Positions 49,802 through 58,895 of a stretch of 64,000 nt of DNA are shown piece after piece; the first letter of the stretch is position 1, and every line of letters starts with the position of its first letter. Where the stretch lies: positions 1 through 64,000 of the IMG/VR virus record IMGVR_UViG_3300036795_000241; one strand, given 5' to 3'. The notes beneath the pieces were generated by a model. That model did not search any database and was not told the origin of the DNA. It saw only the letters and a program-made list of their open reading frames with translations. Position numbers and translations under genes: made by a program. Origin of the DNA: a virus.

Positions 49802-49859
49802 GGAGGTTCAATTAGAGGCCGATCGCGCCTCAAAGCGATCACGTAGAAAGGACAGGCAG

Positions 49860-50264
49860 ATGCCCGTTCAGGTAGACCTCACCGGCGTTTCCGTTGAAGG
49901 CCCCACTCCGCTGGAGCCGGACACGTATGACGCAGTTATCACGAAGGCGGACATTCATCCGTCCAAGTCCTCGCAGAACGACACGCTGTACCTCGAGATA
50001 GCGGTCGGTGAGGAAGGGCGCAATCTCCGCTGGAACTGCTCCGTGGCGGGGGACTCGCTGTGGCGCTTCAAGAAGCTGCTGGTGCGACTCGGATTCGAAA
50101 TCCCGGAAGGGCCCTTCGAGTTCGACGAGAAGGAACTGATCGGCGCCGAATGCCAGGTCAAGGTCAGCCTCGAGCCGCACTACCAGGACCCGTCCCGCAA
50201 GACGAACAAGATCACCGCCGTTCTCGGCCCGGACGGCGAAGAAGGTGAGGGTTCCTGGGGCTAG
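49860..50264 (+). CDS. Phage single-stranded DNA-binding protein (DUF669-like)
   Basis: PLEPDTYDAVI, SKSS and ELIG..C.V.V; acidic tail; own promoter. Confidence 0.75.
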   Translation: MPVQVDLTGVSVEGPTPLEPDTYDAVITKADIHPSKSSQNDTLYLEIAVGEEGRNLRWNCSVAGDSLWRFKKLLVRLGFEIPEGPFEFDEKELIGAECQVKVSLEPHYQDPSRKTNKITAVLGPDGEEGEGSWG

Positions 50265-50265
50265 C

Positions 50266-50343
50266 TTAGCTTCCCGCCGAAAGGCGGGGAGGCTGGGGGC
50301 GGGCCGGCACCTCCTCTCACAAGTTGCGAGTCGGTCCGCCTCC
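50266..50343 (+). terminator. Tandem hairpins after the SSB gene; the second displays an anti-RBS loop
   Basis: GAAA-capped stem 50266-50296; 14-bp stem 50295-50308/50330-50343. Confidence 0.7.
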
Positions 50344-50368
50344 TTCCTAATGGCGTAAAGGAGTACCG

Positions 50369-50914
50369 TTGCTGTATGTCGGAATAGACCCGGGGTCGAT
50401 TTACACTGGGATCGCCGTATACAACGGTACCGAATTCACGCTATGGTGCGAGACAAGTGATCCAACGGCTATCTTCGATTTTATCGATGATCTCCGCGCA
50501 GTTGAACCGATACACGTAGTGCTCGAAATAATGACGGGTGGCGGCGTCCGCGACAAGCACATTGTCCGCACCATCGAAGTCGTTGGCTACGTGTATCACG
50601 GGTGCCGGGAACGCGATGTCCCGATAACCCGAGTCCCGCAGCAGTTGCGGCTATCCGCGGTGTCGCAATTGCCGGACGCGATAAAGGGAAAGGACGAACG
50701 GTCAGCAGCGGCACACGCAATGGCGTTTGCCGAACGGACGGAGAGAAAGAATGCTCGAGCAAGCCAGCATCGAGGTGCGCCACCACTTCGAGGCCGCACA
50801 CCGGCTGTTCCTGACGTCGGGAAAGTGCGAAAATATCCACGGACACAGCTGGAAAGTCGCACTAGAGTTGACCGGTCTGGTCGACTCCGCCAACGGAATG
50901 GTCGGCGCACTTGA
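50369..50914 (+). CDS. RuvC-like Holliday junction resolvase
   Basis: VGIDPG..TGIA, VVLE and DERSA motifs; the 3' extension overlaps queD. Confidence 0.75.
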   Translation: MLYVGIDPGSIYTGIAVYNGTEFTLWCETSDPTAIFDFIDDLRAVEPIHVVLEIMTGGGVRDKHIVRTIEVVGYVYHGCRERDVPITRVPQQLRLSAVSQLPDAIKGKDERSAAAHAMAFAERTERKNARASQHRGAPPLRGRTPAVPDVGKVRKYPRTQLESRTRVDRSGRLRQRNGRRT

Positions 50915-51251
50915 CTTCAGCGACGTAAAGGGTTCGTTCCGTACGTATCTCGATAACGAGTTCGACCACCGATTGCTACTGCACCGCGAAGACCCATTCG
51001 CCGGTCCACTGATCCACAGCTTCGAACACGATCTGGTCTCCGCAAAGCCGGACACGGGAAAGCTCGATTCACTCCCCGGTGTCTCGTGCTTCGATTACGA
51101 CCCGACCACCGAGAACGTCGCACGGACGATCGGCGTCTGGGCCAGTGACGAGTTCGGGATGAATGCCGCACTTAGCGCGGTCCGCGTAACGGTTCACGAG
51201 ACGGACGTAAATTCCGCGACGTGGATGACGGCACTTACAGGAGAAATGTAG
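50751..51251 (+). CDS. queD: 6-carboxytetrahydropterin synthase
   Basis: FEAAHRL, CENIHGHSW, FDH, PTTENVA and VHET motifs. Confidence 0.93.
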   Translation: MLEQASIEVRHHFEAAHRLFLTSGKCENIHGHSWKVALELTGLVDSANGMVGALDFSDVKGSFRTYLDNEFDHRLLLHREDPFAGPLIHSFEHDLVSAKPDTGKLDSLPGVSCFDYDPTTENVARTIGVWASDEFGMNAALSAVRVTVHETDVNSATWMTALTGEM

Positions 51252-52025
51252 ATGACAACTGAGGCTCCGGCCCGAGATTGGCTGCTGGTATCCGAGCAGT
51301 TCCTCTCGCACCAGGGCGAAGGGCCGTCAACCGGGCGGCTCGCGAAATTCCTTCGCCTCGGCGGATGCAACCAAGCGTGCCACTGGTGCGATACGCCATA
51401 CTCGTGGGTCTATGACGATCGACACGTCGCACTTCACGATAGCGGGAAGAAGTACAATCCCGCGGAGGAGCTCAAGCGGCATCAGATCGGCGAGATCACG
51501 GAATGGCTAGCCACGCCGCCATTCGCACCGCTATGCGTGATCACTGGCGGTGAGCCGATGCTCCAGCGCGATCAGCTCGAACGAATGATCAGCGCCGCGA
51601 ACGAGGAGCTCAACTACCGCTTCGAAATCGAAACCGCGGGAACGATTCATCCCGGTCCGTTGCTGCTGTTCCAGAACGTTGACTACAACGTGTCCCCGAA
51701 GCTGGCGTCCAGTGGCAATCCGTATAAGCTACGGTATCAGCCCGAGGTGCTCCGCGCGTTCGCCGAATCGTGGGCCACGTTCAAGTTCGTGGTCGATACC
51801 CGCAAAGGGATGACCGCGGAAGTGCGTGACGATATCTCGGAGATCCGGCGAATCATCCGCGACTGCGAAATCCCGCCGCGTAACGTCTGGCTAATGCCGT
51901 GCGGAACGATATCGCGGGAAGTGGTCGACGGGATGCGCGTCCTTGCCCCAGTGGCTGCCGAGTCCGGGTGGAACGTGAGCACGCGACTGCACATTCTTGC
52001 CTACGAGAACCAGCGGGGGATCTGA
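51252..52025 (+). CDS. queE: 7-carboxy-7-deazaguanine synthase (radical SAM)
   Basis: QGEG, FLRLGGCNQACHWCDT, ITGGEP, IETAG and VSPK motifs. Confidence 0.95.
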   Translation: MTTEAPARDWLLVSEQFLSHQGEGPSTGRLAKFLRLGGCNQACHWCDTPYSWVYDDRHVALHDSGKKYNPAEELKRHQIGEITEWLATPPFAPLCVITGGEPMLQRDQLERMISAANEELNYRFEIETAGTIHPGPLLLFQNVDYNVSPKLASSGNPYKLRYQPEVLRAFAESWATFKFVVDTRKGMTAEVRDDISEIRRIIRDCEIPPRNVWLMPCGTISREVVDGMRVLAPVAAESGWNVSTRLHILAYENQRGI

Positions 52026-52603
52026 TGCTCGATAAGAACGTCGCCGAAATGGAATCGGCTGTCGGCTGGCTTCTCGATCAGCTCGGTTACGACCGAACGA
52101 CCCAGCACTTCACCCGCACGCCGCAACGCGTAGCGAGAATGCTTTCCGAGTACGCGAAGAACGGTAGCGCGGATCGGGTGCGTGAGCTGCTCGGCGTTAC
52201 GTTCATCGAACCCGGTGCGGTCTCGTCACTGGTCCTCGAAGGTCCGGTGGACTACGTCTCGATGTGCGCGCACCACATGCTCCCCGTAACCGGTACCGCC
52301 TGGATCGGTTATCTCCCCGCAAAGGCGGTATGCGGACTCTCGAAACTGGCGCGCGTGGTCGATCACTATGCGCATCAGCTAGGCGTACAGGAAGTGATCA
52401 CGCAGCAGATAGCGGATGCACTGGTGGAACACCTCGAACCGATGGGCGCAATGGTCGTGGTCCGGGCACAGCACGGCTGCATGTCCACCCGTGGCGTAAG
52501 GCAGCCGCAAGCGTTTACGACCACTTCGGCGGTCCGCGGCGCGTTTAAGGAAAGTGCGGCCGCCCGCAACGAGTTCCTCCAGCTGATGCAAACGAAGGGC
52601 TAA
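52025..52603 (+). CDS. folE: GTP cyclohydrolase I
   Basis: TP.RVA, SMCAHHMLP, GLSKLAR, QE and HGCM..RGV motifs. Confidence 0.95.
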   Translation: MLDKNVAEMESAVGWLLDQLGYDRTTQHFTRTPQRVARMLSEYAKNGSADRVRELLGVTFIEPGAVSSLVLEGPVDYVSMCAHHMLPVTGTAWIGYLPAKAVCGLSKLARVVDHYAHQLGVQEVITQQIADALVEHLEPMGAMVVVRAQHGCMSTRGVRQPQAFTTTSAVRGAFKESAAARNEFLQLMQTKG

Positions 52604-52609
52604 GGTAGC

Positions 52610-53428
52610 GTGAAGCTTGCGCACATCGTGCCAATCACGATGCTTACTGCGGTCCCGCGAACCGCGTCGGCGCACCTAACGATTACGAATCTCGTGCTTA
52701 GCTGTCCGCGCTATCAGCGATTCTATCGTAAGCGAGCGCACGCGGGTGACCTAGTCATTCTCGACAATCCCGTCCACGAGAATCAGCCAATCGATATCGG
52801 TAGCTGGCTCGAGGCAATCTCGATGCTCGAACCGACGGTGGCGATTGTCCCGGACGTAATTGACGATATCCCGATGACGGTAAACCTCGCGCGGCACGCG
52901 GCGGGAATCGTATCCTCGCGGAAAGCAATCCTCCCGCAACCGGAGCTAATGGCGGTTCCGCATGGTCACACGCATGAAGAGTTCTACCAGTGCGCCGCTG
53001 AGCTGATCAAGATTCCCGGGATAACGTGGCTCGGGATTACCCTGGAACGGCGATTGAACGATGATCAACTCGCGCTAAAGCGTAGGCGTGAACGGCTGCG
53101 GATGCTCTCGTACGACCCGCTATTCTCGGGTACGAAGATCCACCTTCTCGGCGTTTCCGAGACCGCGGAGGAGCTCGGTGACGATTCCGTATGGGAACGC
53201 GCGGTCAGCTGCGACACTTCGAAGTTCGCCGTATGGGCGCTTACCCGCAATCCGGTTGCGCCACCGGTTCCGCTTAGCACACCGTATCCCGGTCGCGAGA
53301 TATTCGGCGGGAGCTACAATTACTACTGGGCGCACGGTTTGTCGTGGCCGGACCGGCGAAAGTTCACGCAGAATCTCGCCGAATGGTCGCGCTATGCCCA
53401 GCGATACGACAGGAGCACGAACGAGTAA
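52610..53428 (+). CDS. TGT-like TIM-barrel protein, candidate DNA 7-deazaguanine transglycosylase (divergent DpdA)
   Basis: ILDN, VPDV, MAVPHG, IHLLG and SCDTS mirror TGT/DpdA motifs; embedded between folE and queC. Confidence 0.7.
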   Translation: MKLAHIVPITMLTAVPRTASAHLTITNLVLSCPRYQRFYRKRAHAGDLVILDNPVHENQPIDIGSWLEAISMLEPTVAIVPDVIDDIPMTVNLARHAAGIVSSRKAILPQPELMAVPHGHTHEEFYQCAAELIKIPGITWLGITLERRLNDDQLALKRRRERLRMLSYDPLFSGTKIHLLGVSETAEELGDDSVWERAVSCDTSKFAVWALTRNPVAPPVPLSTPYPGREIFGGSYNYYWAHGLSWPDRRKFTQNLAEWSRYAQRYDRSTNE

Positions 53429-54780
53429 TGTCTGGAATCTTTGCGGCGATGGTGCATAGCCAGAGCGTGCCCTCGGCGCCACTTGAGCGGCTGGTCAAGG
53501 GTTCGCAGAAGCGCGGTAACGATGGCGTTAGTGTCGTAACGCTTAATCGGTCGTTTAGCCGCGTTTCGCGGAATCGCACATGGTACGACGTTAACGCGAA
53601 AACGGGCCGCGGAGTATTCCCGCCGGGCGTGTATGGCGTTCTCGGGTGTGCGTATTCCCGTCCCGCCGCGGGTGACCACGTTGCGCCGCCGTTCATCAAT
53701 CGCGCTAGCTCGTGGTGCGTAACGGTCGATGGGGCAATTACGAACTGGTACGGACAGCAGCTTGCCGAACGGCTCCTCGTTGACGAGTACGAGGACTGGA
53801 CCGAATTCGTCGAGGACCTCGAAGGTCAGTTCGCGATTGTCGCGATGCATCGTGACGACCCACGTACGCTGTATTACGGCTGCAAGGCTAAGCCGCTCTA
53901 CATGCTTTACGACCCGATCATGCACGCCGTTTACATCGCACAGCAGCCGGAGTACTTCTACGGGATGTACGATGAGTCGCGGACTCCCCGTCCAGTGCGG
54001 CTGGGCCCGTATTCCTGCGGCGAAATCGCAGCCGATGGAAAGGTCCGTCCGGCGCATCCGTTGCGACACCGTTACGGCTCCGGTTCGCTGATGCTTTGCG
54101 GTGGCGGTCTCGACAGCACCGTAGCCGCGTGGGATAATGCGCAAACGTATGCCGATGACACGCTGCTAATGTACGTCGATTACGGAGCGCGGGCGCGCGT
54201 GAAGGAGTGGCACGCGACGCAGTCACTGGCGGCCGCAATGGCCAGCCCGCACAGCGGATTGGTCGGCTCCACTGAAGCGGTAAAGGTGCCCTTCGATTTC
54301 TTTCGTAAGCATGTCGCCTCGCCACTGTTTCCGGGTGGCAAACCGGTATCTGAGCACCCTCAGCCCGGACAGGCTACGGAGTGGGTACCGGCACGGAATA
54401 CCGTACTAATGGCACTGGCGGTGTCGTTTGCTGAATCTAACGGTCTGGCGCGGATCGTGACCGGGATCAATATGGAAGCGGCTGCCGCGTATCCGGATAA
54501 CGAAGAAGAATGGCACCGTCGCTGGGAGCAGCTGCTACCGTATGCGGTAGGCGATGGCGCACAGATCGACCTGGAATCACCGCTTCGCGGTATGTCGAAA
54601 GCGGACATCGTAAGGCTCGGTGAGACGCTAAAGGTACCGTGGGGCACGGTCGATAGCTGGTCCTGCTATAACGGCGGGAAGAATCACTGTGGCCAGTGCT
54701 CCAGCTGCCGAGCTCGTCGTGGCGCATTCGTCCGCGCGCAGATTCCGGACGTTACGCGATACACCAGGGAGCCGAAATGA
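53428..54780 (+). CDS. queC: Gat-QueC fusion with a degenerate class II glutamine amidotransferase domain
   Basis: N-terminal MSGIF, EGQFA; QueC part GGGLDS, DYG, VPARN, YPD and SCY..HCGQCSSC..R. Confidence 0.9.
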   Translation: MSGIFAAMVHSQSVPSAPLERLVKGSQKRGNDGVSVVTLNRSFSRVSRNRTWYDVNAKTGRGVFPPGVYGVLGCAYSRPAAGDHVAPPFINRASSWCVTVDGAITNWYGQQLAERLLVDEYEDWTEFVEDLEGQFAIVAMHRDDPRTLYYGCKAKPLYMLYDPIMHAVYIAQQPEYFYGMYDESRTPRPVRLGPYSCGEIAADGKVRPAHPLRHRYGSGSLMLCGGGLDSTVAAWDNAQTYADDTLLMYVDYGARARVKEWHATQSLAAAMASPHSGLVGSTEAVKVPFDFFRKHVASPLFPGGKPVSEHPQPGQATEWVPARNTVLMALAVSFAESNGLARIVTGINMEAAAAYPDNEEEWHRRWEQLLPYAVGDGAQIDLESPLRGMSKADIVRLGETLKVPWGTVDSWSCYNGGKNHCGQCSSCRARRGAFVRAQIPDVTRYTREPK

Positions 54781-55359
54781 CCGAACCGCCGCCGATGAGC
54801 CAAGAGTCCGCTCAGCGAGTACAGGAGGTAATGAAAGAGGTCATTCAAACGAACGACGCAATGCCCGGGAAGTACGTTATCTTCGTTACCGCGGATGTCG
54901 TACCGGACGACCCGCAGGCGATTGTCGAATGGGAATGGTACTGGCGTCCGATAAATCGACATGCAGGCGGCGGTTAATGCAAGCGGAACTGGTCCCGGTA
55001 ATCGTACGCGTTCAATTCACGTGCGGGAATCACCTGACGCCACTCAAGCCGAATCTTATGCGACTTGAGTACCGATGTCCAATGCGCGGTTGCGACACAC
55101 TGCTACGAAAGGAAGAACTGCACCGCTGGAACTTGCACTTTACGAACGCCTTTCCCGAGGTAATCGTCACTGGACGGAAGGAGACGTTATGCCGCTCGGA
55201 ATCTGCCAGCCGTGTCAGGACGGAGCGACCGAGATGCTACTGGGCAATACCGAATTCGCTACCCGCCTGCACGAGCAGTGCCCCGGCGGTACGTGGTGTC
55301 TATGCCACCATAGCGTAAGTGGCTCCGCGATGTCGGAGCAGGATCAGCTACGACGCAAC

Positions 55360-55388
55360 TTGACAATCCGGGATACCCCGGCTATACT
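55360..55388 (+). promoter_or_regulatory. Promoter of the NDT-polymerase operon
   Basis: TTGACA-17-TATACT. Confidence 0.8.
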
Positions 55389-55397
55389 TGAGGAACC

Positions 55398-55763
55398 ATG
55401 ACCACGGAGCGCATTTACATCTCGCACCACACGGAGAAGCTGCTCATTCCGTTCAAGCAGCAGCTCGAAGCACTCGGCTACGAAGTGACCAGCAACTTCG
55501 ACAGCGAAGATCTGGTCGAGCACGTTAGCGACATTCGCGAAAGCGATGTCTTCGTGCTGTTCTTGGTCGGGCACGGTGCCCAGCTCAATCGTACCGTCGA
55601 ATTCGGTATCGCAATCGGTCTCGAGAAGGTGCTCGTGTGCATCGGTGACGCCTACGAGAAGGACTACCCCGGACGGTCGTTCGTGAATCACTACCGCACC
55701 ACCGAGCAGTTCCTCGCGGCATGGCGTACCGGTGAGCCGGAGTCGGGACTGGTCAGTGCGTAA
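55398..55763 (+). CDS. Nucleoside 2-deoxyribosyltransferase-like protein
   Basis: IYIS, DIRESD and VEFGIAIGL.K motifs; own promoter; coupled to the polymerase. Confidence 0.65.
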   Translation: MTTERIYISHHTEKLLIPFKQQLEALGYEVTSNFDSEDLVEHVSDIRESDVFVLFLVGHGAQLNRTVEFGIAIGLEKVLVCIGDAYEKDYPGRSFVNHYRTTEQFLAAWRTGEPESGLVSA

Positions 55764-58290
55764 ACGCGCTACCGCAGCATCCTGCGCGGACTGCCCCGAG
55801 GAGGGACCTGTCTGCGTTGGCGGATTCGGACCGGAGAAAGCGCGGCTGGTCATTGTCGGTGAGGCACCGGGTCACGACGAGTGCCTCACCGGCCGTCCGT
55901 TCATCGGGAAAAGCGGTCAGCTGCTTAACGCCACGCTGCAGAGCTACGGGATTAAGCGAACCGAGTGCTTCGCCACTAACTCCGTAATGTGCGCCGTTAA
56001 GCCGGGAACGCGGCACCATAACGCCTGCTGGTCGCGGTTGAAGTCCGAGATCCTTTCGCGCGAGCCCGAGATCGTGTTGACACTGGGCAAGGCCGCCTTT
56101 TCGGCGGTATGTCGCACTCGCACGCCACTATCGAAGACCGATGGAACGTTGTGGTGGCAACCGGATTTCGGCGTGTACGTAATGCCGACGTGGCATCCCG
56201 CTGCCGTACTTCGCGGTGGCGCCGATGACAAGTTCTTCCCGATGATCTCGAATGCGATATGGCGCATTTCCCGGCTACTGGACGGACGGGATAAGTTCCC
56301 CGATCCGAATGGTCAGCCGGGATACAAGTGGACGTTCTTCCGCACCGCCGAAGGAACGATTCGGTGTGCGAAGTACTACCTGCGGAAAGCCGATTCCTCG
56401 CCAGTGCCATACGTGATCTCGGTCGACACCGAATCGCGGTCCCCGGGTAAGCGTCCGCATCCGGAGCAGGACCTATGGCTCATGCTGCAGTTCTACGATG
56501 GCGATCGTGCCGCGGCAATCGACATGATCACGAATCAGACGCCAGAATCGTTGCGCTGGCTAATGAAGCTAATCCGGCATCCGAATGTCGAATGGGTCGG
56601 ACATAACATTGCGACATACGACACCCGGGTGTTCCGGCATAACCTCGGGAAAGGCGTGCGGGATAGTAGTATCCGCGACACGCTGATCTACGGACTCGGA
56701 TTGAGTGAGCGCGCCAACGCGGTTGGCTTGGAGCCACTGGCCCGAACGTGGCTAGGTGCCCCCGCGTACAAGCGCGGTCTCGCTGAATCGGGCTATCGGC
56801 ACGCGAAGGGTCCGCAGAACGAGCTGCAGTGGAAGCAGCTGGCGAAGTATGGCGTGGACGATGTCTATAACACGTACGAGCTCAACCGTATTCTGCCTAC
56901 GCTGGTCCGCGATGAGGGTACCGAAGATCTCGTCAACAATATCATCTTGCCGCTAGCACTTACGTGCGGTAAGCTAAGCGGACGCGGGTTCCCGATTGAC
57001 CTCGAGCAAGGAAAGCGACTCGAGGAGCTTTGGGGCGGACGCGTTGACGATACGGTTCATCGGCTACAGGAGCTAGCGATAAGCTCCGGGTGGCCAAAGG
57101 ATCCGAATAACGCTAAGGCGAAAGACGGTCGACTCAACCCGCGAAGCCATTTGCAACTGGCGCATTTCGCTCTCGACTGCCTCGGTCTTGCGCCGACCGA
57201 TGGCGCGACAAACCGTAAATATAGCGGAACCGCGAAGAATCTGCACGGTCGCTCGCGGTCAATTGACGCCGACTTTCTCGTCGGACATCAGGACACCGAA
57301 TTCGGACAGCTGATGACGCTGCTGCGGGTATACGATAAGCAAGTGCGCACGTATGTCCGCGGTATTCTGAAAGAGCTCGACCCCGATGGCTTGATTCACC
57401 CGTCATTCGATATTGCGGGTACCGCGACCGGGCGCCTCGTGATTAAGCCGCTGCTGCAGGTGCTCCCGCACTATGGTGCGCATGCGCAACTCGAGGAAGA
57501 GGACATCGCAAAGGAAGTGCGGAGGCTATTCCCCGCGCGCAAGGGCTATGTCATCGTTACGGCGGACTACAAGCAGCTGGAGTTCCGGGTCGCGTGGATG
57601 CTGTCCGGGGACCAGAAACTGGGCCATGCCCTTACCTCCGGTGATATGCACGCGAAAACGGCTGCGTACATGTTTAAGCGTGACGAAAGCATCGTGACCA
57701 AGGCCGACCGGCATGCGGCCAAGCGGGTGTCCTTCGGTACCGCATACTGGCGCTCCGCGTACACACTGGCGAAGGGTCCCCTGCTCGAGGTGCTCGGTGG
57801 GATTACGATACCCGAAGGCGTGCGAATCGCCCGAGCGCAGCGGTTCATCGACGACTTCCGGGCGCTGTATTCCGATTACTATGCGTGGCAGCTGGAATCG
57901 GCGGATAGTGCCGTGCGTAACGGTGAACTGTCCACGGTATTCGGTCGCAAACGTCGCTGGCCACTGATCACGCACGACAACCGCGAAGAGATCCGCCGGC
58001 AAGGCGTGAACTATCCGATCCAGTCCACCGCCAGTGATATGTGCTCCAGTGCCCTCGTTCGACTAGCCGATGTGCTGCCGAAACGCAAGCTCGGATTCCC
58101 GCTATACACCGTGCATGACGAGGTCGTTAGCGAGATCCGCGAAGACCGCCTTGACGAAGGAATTGCCGCGATCGCGGAGGTGATGTCGAACCCAGCTATC
58201 GACACTAACGGGGCCGTGTTTCCCGTGGACGCTTCGTACGGTCCGAATCTCGGCGATCTTACGGGATACCAAATAAAGGTAGCAGCGTGA
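55756..58290 (+). CDS. Family A DNA polymerase with N-terminal family-4 uracil-DNA-glycosylase and 3'-5' exonuclease domains
   Basis: UDG: CADCP, VGEAPG..E...G.PF.G.SG, WHPA. Exonuclease: DTE, HN...YD, Y..DD. Polymerase: TGRL, ADYKQLEFR, R..AK...FG..Y, VHDE. Confidence 0.95.
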   Translation: MRKRATAASCADCPEEGPVCVGGFGPEKARLVIVGEAPGHDECLTGRPFIGKSGQLLNATLQSYGIKRTECFATNSVMCAVKPGTRHHNACWSRLKSEILSREPEIVLTLGKAAFSAVCRTRTPLSKTDGTLWWQPDFGVYVMPTWHPAAVLRGGADDKFFPMISNAIWRISRLLDGRDKFPDPNGQPGYKWTFFRTAEGTIRCAKYYLRKADSSPVPYVISVDTESRSPGKRPHPEQDLWLMLQFYDGDRAAAIDMITNQTPESLRWLMKLIRHPNVEWVGHNIATYDTRVFRHNLGKGVRDSSIRDTLIYGLGLSERANAVGLEPLARTWLGAPAYKRGLAESGYRHAKGPQNELQWKQLAKYGVDDVYNTYELNRILPTLVRDEGTEDLVNNIILPLALTCGKLSGRGFPIDLEQGKRLEELWGGRVDDTVHRLQELAISSGWPKDPNNAKAKDGRLNPRSHLQLAHFALDCLGLAPTDGATNRKYSGTAKNLHGRSRSIDADFLVGHQDTEFGQLMTLLRVYDKQVRTYVRGILKELDPDGLIHPSFDIAGTATGRLVIKPLLQVLPHYGAHAQLEEEDIAKEVRRLFPARKGYVIVTADYKQLEFRVAWMLSGDQKLGHALTSGDMHAKTAAYMFKRDESIVTKADRHAAKRVSFGTAYWRSAYTLAKGPLLEVLGGITIPEGVRIARAQRFIDDFRALYSDYYAWQLESADSAVRNGELSTVFGRKRRWPLITHDNREEIRRQGVNYPIQSTASDMCSSALVRLADVLPKRKLGFPLYTVHDEVVSEIREDRLDEGIAAIAEVMSNPAIDTNGAVFPVDASYGPNLGDLTGYQIKVAA

Positions 58291-58895
58291 TTATCTCGCC
58301 ACTGAAGCTCGTAATCAGTGCGCTGGCGGCCATTACCGCCGCAATTGTCGGAAGCTTTTTCGGGGATCAAGGAACACTAATCGGTGTCGCCACCGGCAGC
58401 GTTGTCTCGGGTGCCGCCGCGGGAGTATATGAGCATGTCGCCTCGAAAACGAAAGGAGTGATCAAGTTTGCCCCGCAGTACCGAAAGCTGCCACTGGCTG
58501 AACGACAGAAGTTGCTAAAGCGAATCGCAATTGCGTCCGGGGCCAGTGTCCTCGCTATCGGAACCGTTTCCGCCGCCGTAGTCGTCATCCCCGAGTTGGC
58601 CAGTGGGCGGACGCTACATAGCCTGACCACGGGAAAGGTGGACTACGGATCATCGTTCGGGAGCAGTTCGACGGTATCTCCGGCCCCAGTGCCAACGATC
58701 CGGTACACCCCGAGCGCAACGCCAAGCGTTACCGGAGGTACGCAATCAGCAGTACCGACAAGCCCAGTGACGCCTTCGCCGAGCTTCTCCGCGACATCCC
58801 CTTCGTCCGTGTCGCCGACCTCGGCCCCGCCGATTATACCTTCGTCCCTCTCGTCGCCACAAGCGACACCACTGGAAGGAACGCCGACCCCATGA
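58287..58895 (+). CDS. Membrane protein with a Ser/Thr/Pro-rich tail
   Basis: Hydrophobic segments followed by an S/T/P low-complexity C-terminus. Confidence 0.7.
   Translation: MIISPLKLVISALAAITAAIVGSFFGDQGTLIGVATGSVVSGAAAGVYEHVASKTKGVIKFAPQYRKLPLAERQKLLKRIAIASGASVLAIGTVSAAVVVIPELASGRTLHSLTTGKVDYGSSFGSSSTVSPAPVPTIRYTPSATPSVTGGTQSAVPTSPVTPSPSFSATSPSSVSPTSAPPIIPSSLSSPQATPLEGTPTP

Noticed and set aside
49802-49845. preQ1-I riboswitch (GAGGTTC resemblance, que genes downstream)
   Set aside because: GAGGTT lies upstream of the predicted TSS, the loop is too long and the A-rich tail is missing; a plain pseudoknot fits better
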